The position numbers and the translations under genes are program-made. Source: an uncultured Lysobacter sp. (GTDB lineage: Bacteria; Pseudomonadota; Gammaproteobacteria; Burkholderiales; Usitatibacteraceae). From it: a DNA stretch of 45,588 nt. The notes under the pieces are model-generated. The model was given only the letters and a program-made list of their open reading frames with translations, was not told the DNA's origin and did not search any database. The stretch is from assembly GCA_964579785.1 (NCBI GenBank), contig CAZOIB010000261.1, positions 1 to 45,588 of the forward strand, in the 5' to 3' direction. Shown here piece after piece: positions 42,517 to 45,588 of this stretch (its first letter is position 1; every line of letters starts with the position of its first letter).

Positions 42517-45500
42517 ATGCAACTTTTGATTACCAGTCATAGCGATGATCATCGTGTCGTGATTAGGTTGGCCCGCAGGTGGCTGCTGGCTTTCATTCTT
42601 TCATTGAGTGGAACAGTGTGTGCGCAAGGTTCTGTCCTTCTCAGCGAGGACTTTCGCTCAGCGACATTGCGCGACCCGAGTTCCTGGGTGCTTTCTTACC
42701 GCAGTGGGTCGACTTCGCCCTGCCTGACGGCTGCTGACTTCGACAACCCACCCCAGTCCCTCGGGGGCGGAACCACGATTGGGGGCTGCAATGCTGCAGG
42801 CACCAATGCGGTGGACGCGAGCGGGTCTGGCGTGCTCAGGCTGACGAACACACTCACCTACCAGGCAGGTTCGATGCTCTACGACACGCCGCTTCCTACG
42901 GCGGGCGGTCTAGACGTGACTTTTGTACAGAGTCAATGGGGCGGCTCGCATGCCGACGGACTGAGCTTCTTCGTCAAGGATGGTGCAAACACGAACCGTG
43001 CTACCGGCGGTTATGGAGGGGCTCTGGGCTACGCATCGATTCCAAGCGCCAATCTCGCTGGCGTCCCGGGGGGGCTTTTTGGTGTTGGTCTGGATGCCTA
43101 CGGTGGATTTTCCAGTAGCGCGGTGGGGTATCCGGCTGGATGCAGCCTGCCTTCGCCCGGCTCTCGCCCCAGTTCGATCGCGATTCGCGGACCGGACACG
43201 AGTGCTGGTCGCGACGGCACGGCTGGGTTCTGCTACCTCGGCGGCACGGCATCGACCCCCAGCTTGAACATCTTCGGCTCCACCCGAATTGCGGCAGCCA
43301 GGACGGTGCGAGTCGTTGTCGATCCTTCCACTGTTTCCGGCACACGTCGCATCACGGTATACCTCGACGGTGCACAGAAACTTCAGGTTCCGGTTCCGCA
43401 GGAGTTCATTAACGCCACTACTTTCAAATTCGGCTTTGCCGCCGGCTCTGGCGACACAACCGACAACCACGAAGTCTGGGAAGCGAATGTGTCATCGGTC
43501 AATCCCCTTCCGGTGGTGCAGGTTACTGCCAACAATGCCACTTCGGTTGTTGGCAATGCCGTATCTACGGTCAGTTATCAGGCTACGGGATTCAATGGGG
43601 CGGATTCTTTCCGGACACGGCCCACATGCATTGCCTTCACGAATAGCAGCTATCTAACCCCTGTTACAAGCGCCACGCCGGCCGGAACTTATGTCACGCA
43701 TTGCTCGGGTGCGGTTGCCTTTGGATATGCGATTCAATACACCGATGGTGTCTATGTCGTTAGCGCACATCCCAACGCGGCGCCAGTTGCCGGCCCCCTC
43801 GCCATACAGACCTTCCGGGACAAGGCGATCAGCGGTTCGCTGGTGGCGAGCGACACCGATGGTGACGCGCTCACCTTCAGCCTCGTCTCCCAGCCGGCGC
43901 ACGGCACGCTCACGCTGACGAACGCTGCCACCGGGGCCGTCACCTACACGCCGGCCGCTGGATATGCTGGCACGGACTCGTTTCAGTACAAAGTCAATGA
44001 TGGATTGGTCGATTCCAACATCGCCACCGCGAACATCAACGTGTTGCCGGTGCCGACGGTGCCCAACCTGCCGCCCGTGGCGAATCAGGACAGCTTTTCC
44101 ACGACCAAGAACGTCAAGCTCACCGTGGCGGCGCCGGGCGTGCTGGCGAACGATGCCGACCCGGAGAGCCATGCATTGAGTGTGGTCACGTTGCCGAGCA
44201 CCCCTGCGGCGCACGGCACCGTCACCTCGACCAGCGGTGGCGGGTTCACCTACACGCCGGCCGCCAACTACGCGGGGCTGGACAGCTTCCAGTACACGAT
44301 CAGCGATGGCACGTCGACGGCGACGGGGACGGCGGTCGTCGAAGTGAAGGACACCAACAGCCCGCCCTTGGCGCACGACGACAGCTACACCACCCCCAAC
44401 AACGTCAAGCTGGCGGTGGCCAGCCCGGGGCTCCTGGCCAACGACAGCGACCCGGATCGTAGCCAGCCGCTGCGGGTGGTGGTCGCCTCGCAGCCGACCA
44501 AGGGCACGCTCGTACTTACTGCGGGCGGCGGCTTCGAGTACACGCCGGCTCCGGGGCTGTGCAGCGCAGACAGCACCGACACATTCACCTATTACGCCAA
44601 CGACGGCACCGTCAACTCGAACCTGGCGACGGTGACGATCGGGATCCATTGCACCAACCGCGCGCCGGTGGCCAATGCCGACAAGTACACCATCGCGCAA
44701 GGTGCCACGCTCGCGGTGCCGCGTCCCGGGGTGCTGGTGAACGACACGGATGCCGACGGCAACGCGCTCACGATGGTGGTGGTGACGCCAGCGGCAAAGG
44801 GCCCGTTCGCGCCCAATGCCGATGGCAGTTTCTCCTACGTCGCGCCGAGCAATTTCACCGGCACCGACACCTTCACCTACAAGGCGACGGACGGGGCGCT
44901 GGAGAGCGCGCCGGTGACCGTGACCATCACGGTCACCGCCACCAACCAGCCCCCGCTCGCCCAGAGCGACAGCTATCGCACGGGCAAGAACACCGCGCTC
45001 ACCATCGCCGCGCCCGGATTGCTCGCCAACGACAGCGACCCGGAAGGCAATCCGCTCACCGTGTTCACCGAGTCGCTGCCGACCAAGGGCGTCCTGCGCC
45101 TCGACACCGGCGGCGGCTTCACCTACACGCCCAGCAACAACGTCGTCGGGCTCGATTCGTTCACGTACCGGGCCGGCGATGGCTCGGTGAAGAGCAACCT
45201 GGTGACGGTGACTCTCGAAGTGGCCGACGCCAACTTCCCGCCGGTGGCCAACGACGACTCCTATTCGACGCCGGACAAGGTCAAGCTCGTGGTGCCGTCA
45301 CCGGGCTTGCTCGCCAACGACCGCGACCCGGACGCCAACCAGCCGCTGGCCGTCGTCATCGCATCGCAGCCTGCCAAGGGCACGCTCGCCCTGAAGGCTG
45401 GTGGCGGCTTCGAGTACATGCCGAACATCGGTCCCTGCAGCGCCGACACGACGGACAGCTTCACCTATTACGCCAACGACTCGGTCGTGAACTCGAACCT

Positions 45501-45588
45501 GGCAACTGTGTCGATCGCGATCCACTGCACGAACCGTCCGCCGGTGGCGAATCCGGACACCTTCTCGATTCCGCAGGATGTGCCGCTG
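42517..45588 (+). CDS. Giant surface/adhesin-like protein (N-terminal 1024 codons only): signal peptide, L-type-lectin-like head, MBG-like module, then at least 7 tandem repeats of about 95-100 aa (bacterial cadherin-like / tandem-95 type)
   Basis: Absent from the ORF track because it has no stop before the window edge. There is an in-frame TAG at 42493, and the first ATG is at 42517. My translation is open for 3072 nt. Motifs are listed in the findings. Confidence 0.85.
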   Translation, partial: MQLLITSHSDDHRVVIRLARRWLLAFILSLSGTVCAQGSVLLSEDFRSATLRDPSSWVLSYRSGSTSPCLTAADFDNPPQSLGGGTTIGGCNAAGTNAVDASGSGVLRLTNTLTYQAGSMLYDTPLPTAGGLDVTFVQSQWGGSHADGLSFFVKDGANTNRATGGYGGALGYASIPSANLAGVPGGLFGVGLDAYGGFSSSAVGYPAGCSLPSPGSRPSSIAIRGPDTSAGRDGTAGFCYLGGTASTPSLNIFGSTRIAAARTVRVVVDPSTVSGTRRITVYLDGAQKLQVPVPQEFINATTFKFGFAAGSGDTTDNHEVWEANVSSVNPLPVVQVTANNATSVVGNAVSTVSYQATGFNGADSFRTRPTCIAFTNSSYLTPVTSATPAGTYVTHCSGAVAFGYAIQYTDGVYVVSAHPNAAPVAGPLAIQTFRDKAISGSLVASDTDGDALTFSLVSQPAHGTLTLTNAATGAVTYTPAAGYAGTDSFQYKVNDGLVDSNIATANINVLPVPTVPNLPPVANQDSFSTTKNVKLTVAAPGVLANDADPESHALSVVTLPSTPAAHGTVTSTSGGGFTYTPAANYAGLDSFQYTISDGTSTATGTAVVEVKDTNSPPLAHDDSYTTPNNVKLAVASPGLLANDSDPDRSQPLRVVVASQPTKGTLVLTAGGGFEYTPAPGLCSADSTDTFTYYANDGTVNSNLATVTIGIHCTNRAPVANADKYTIAQGATLAVPRPGVLVNDTDADGNALTMVVVTPAAKGPFAPNADGSFSYVAPSNFTGTDTFTYKATDGALESAPVTVTITVTATNQPPLAQSDSYRTGKNTALTIAAPGLLANDSDPEGNPLTVFTESLPTKGVLRLDTGGGFTYTPSNNVVGLDSFTYRAGDGSVKSNLVTVTLEVADANFPPVANDDSYSTPDKVKLVVPSPGLLANDRDPDANQPLAVVIASQPAKGTLALKAGGGFEYMPNIGPCSADTTDSFTYYANDSVVNSNLATVSIAIHCTNRPPVANPDTFSIPQDVPL
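44362..45588 (+). repeat. 876-nt (292-codon, three-unit) higher-order coding repeat inside the adhesin gene
   Basis: Unit A (44362-44661) reappears as A' at 45238, and unit B (from 44662) restarts at 45538. The offset is exactly 876 nt for two landmark codons: CCG GTG at 44665/45541 and the unit start at 44362/45238. Confidence 0.8.

Noticed and set aside
42116-42529. Two overlapping ORFs (136 aa + and 122 aa -) in the AraC-adhesin spacer
   Set aside because: Their third-position GC is much lower than in genuine genes here, and neither has an SD. The + ORF would start 6 nt from the divergent AraC start, leaving no promoter space, and it overlaps the adhesin ATG. I treat the region as non-coding leader.
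43654-44700. 348-aa minus ORF and several shorter minus/plus ORFs (43691-45525) inside the adhesin region
   Set aside because: They are antisense or off-frame to a 1024-codon open frame with a clear domain and repeat structure. Their products are Arg/Gly/Val-rich with no motifs.
44362-45588. Tandem repeats considered as a possible CRISPR array or satellite
   Set aside because: The repeats are about 290-300 nt long, divergent, in frame and protein-coding (adhesin domains). There is no short direct-repeat/spacer architecture and no cas genes.

Overview
This is a high-GC (roughly two-thirds G+C by eye), densely coding chromosomal segment. Its gene content and order look betaproteobacterial (Burkholderiales/Rhodocyclales-like), based on a Bug/TctC binding protein and the hda-HAD-pcnB-folK-dNK-panBCD arrangement; that placement is an inference only. 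I found no rRNA, tRNA, CRISPR array, transposase or integrase.

Layout:
- 1-15.6 kb is housekeeping: a desaturase, MscS, a Nuc/PLD nuclease, an RsmB-like methyltransferase, two DUF3108 proteins, purN, purM, nadA, hda, pcnB, folK, a deoxynucleoside kinase and panBCD.
- 15.6-23.1 kb is a divergently transcribed catabolic cluster of unknown substrate: a PrpD-family protein, a ThDP enzyme, a DUF1932 oxidoreductase, an ALDH, a LigJ-like amidohydrolase and TctC.
- 23.3-30.5 kb is a co-directional block: a LytS-type kinase, a LytTR regulator, a coupled SAM methyltransferase, a 1061-aa BNR/Asp-box lipoprotein with DUF4214-like repeats, a coupled DUF3297 protein, an unlisted Lys-rich micro-ORF and a Zn-lid adenylate kinase.
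- 30.5-34.1 kb holds an IlvD/Edd dehydratase, a Pro-rich membrane protein and a higBA toxin-antitoxin insertion.
- 34.1-42.1 kb is an acyl-CoA/aldolase cluster with lrgAB embedded in it and an AraC regulator at its end.
- From 42.5 kb to the window edge runs a giant lectin-headed tandem-repeat adhesin gene. The ORF track misses it because it has no stop codon in the window.

Many long ORFs in the track are antisense or read-through artefacts of high GC, and I rejected them. Nothing here can be called a proven novel system from sequence alone. The best candidates for follow-up are the adhesin with its 876-nt super-repeat, the kinase-to-adenylate-kinase block, the lrgAB-containing lyase/CoA-transferase cluster and the PrpD/ThDP/ALDH/LigJ-like cluster.
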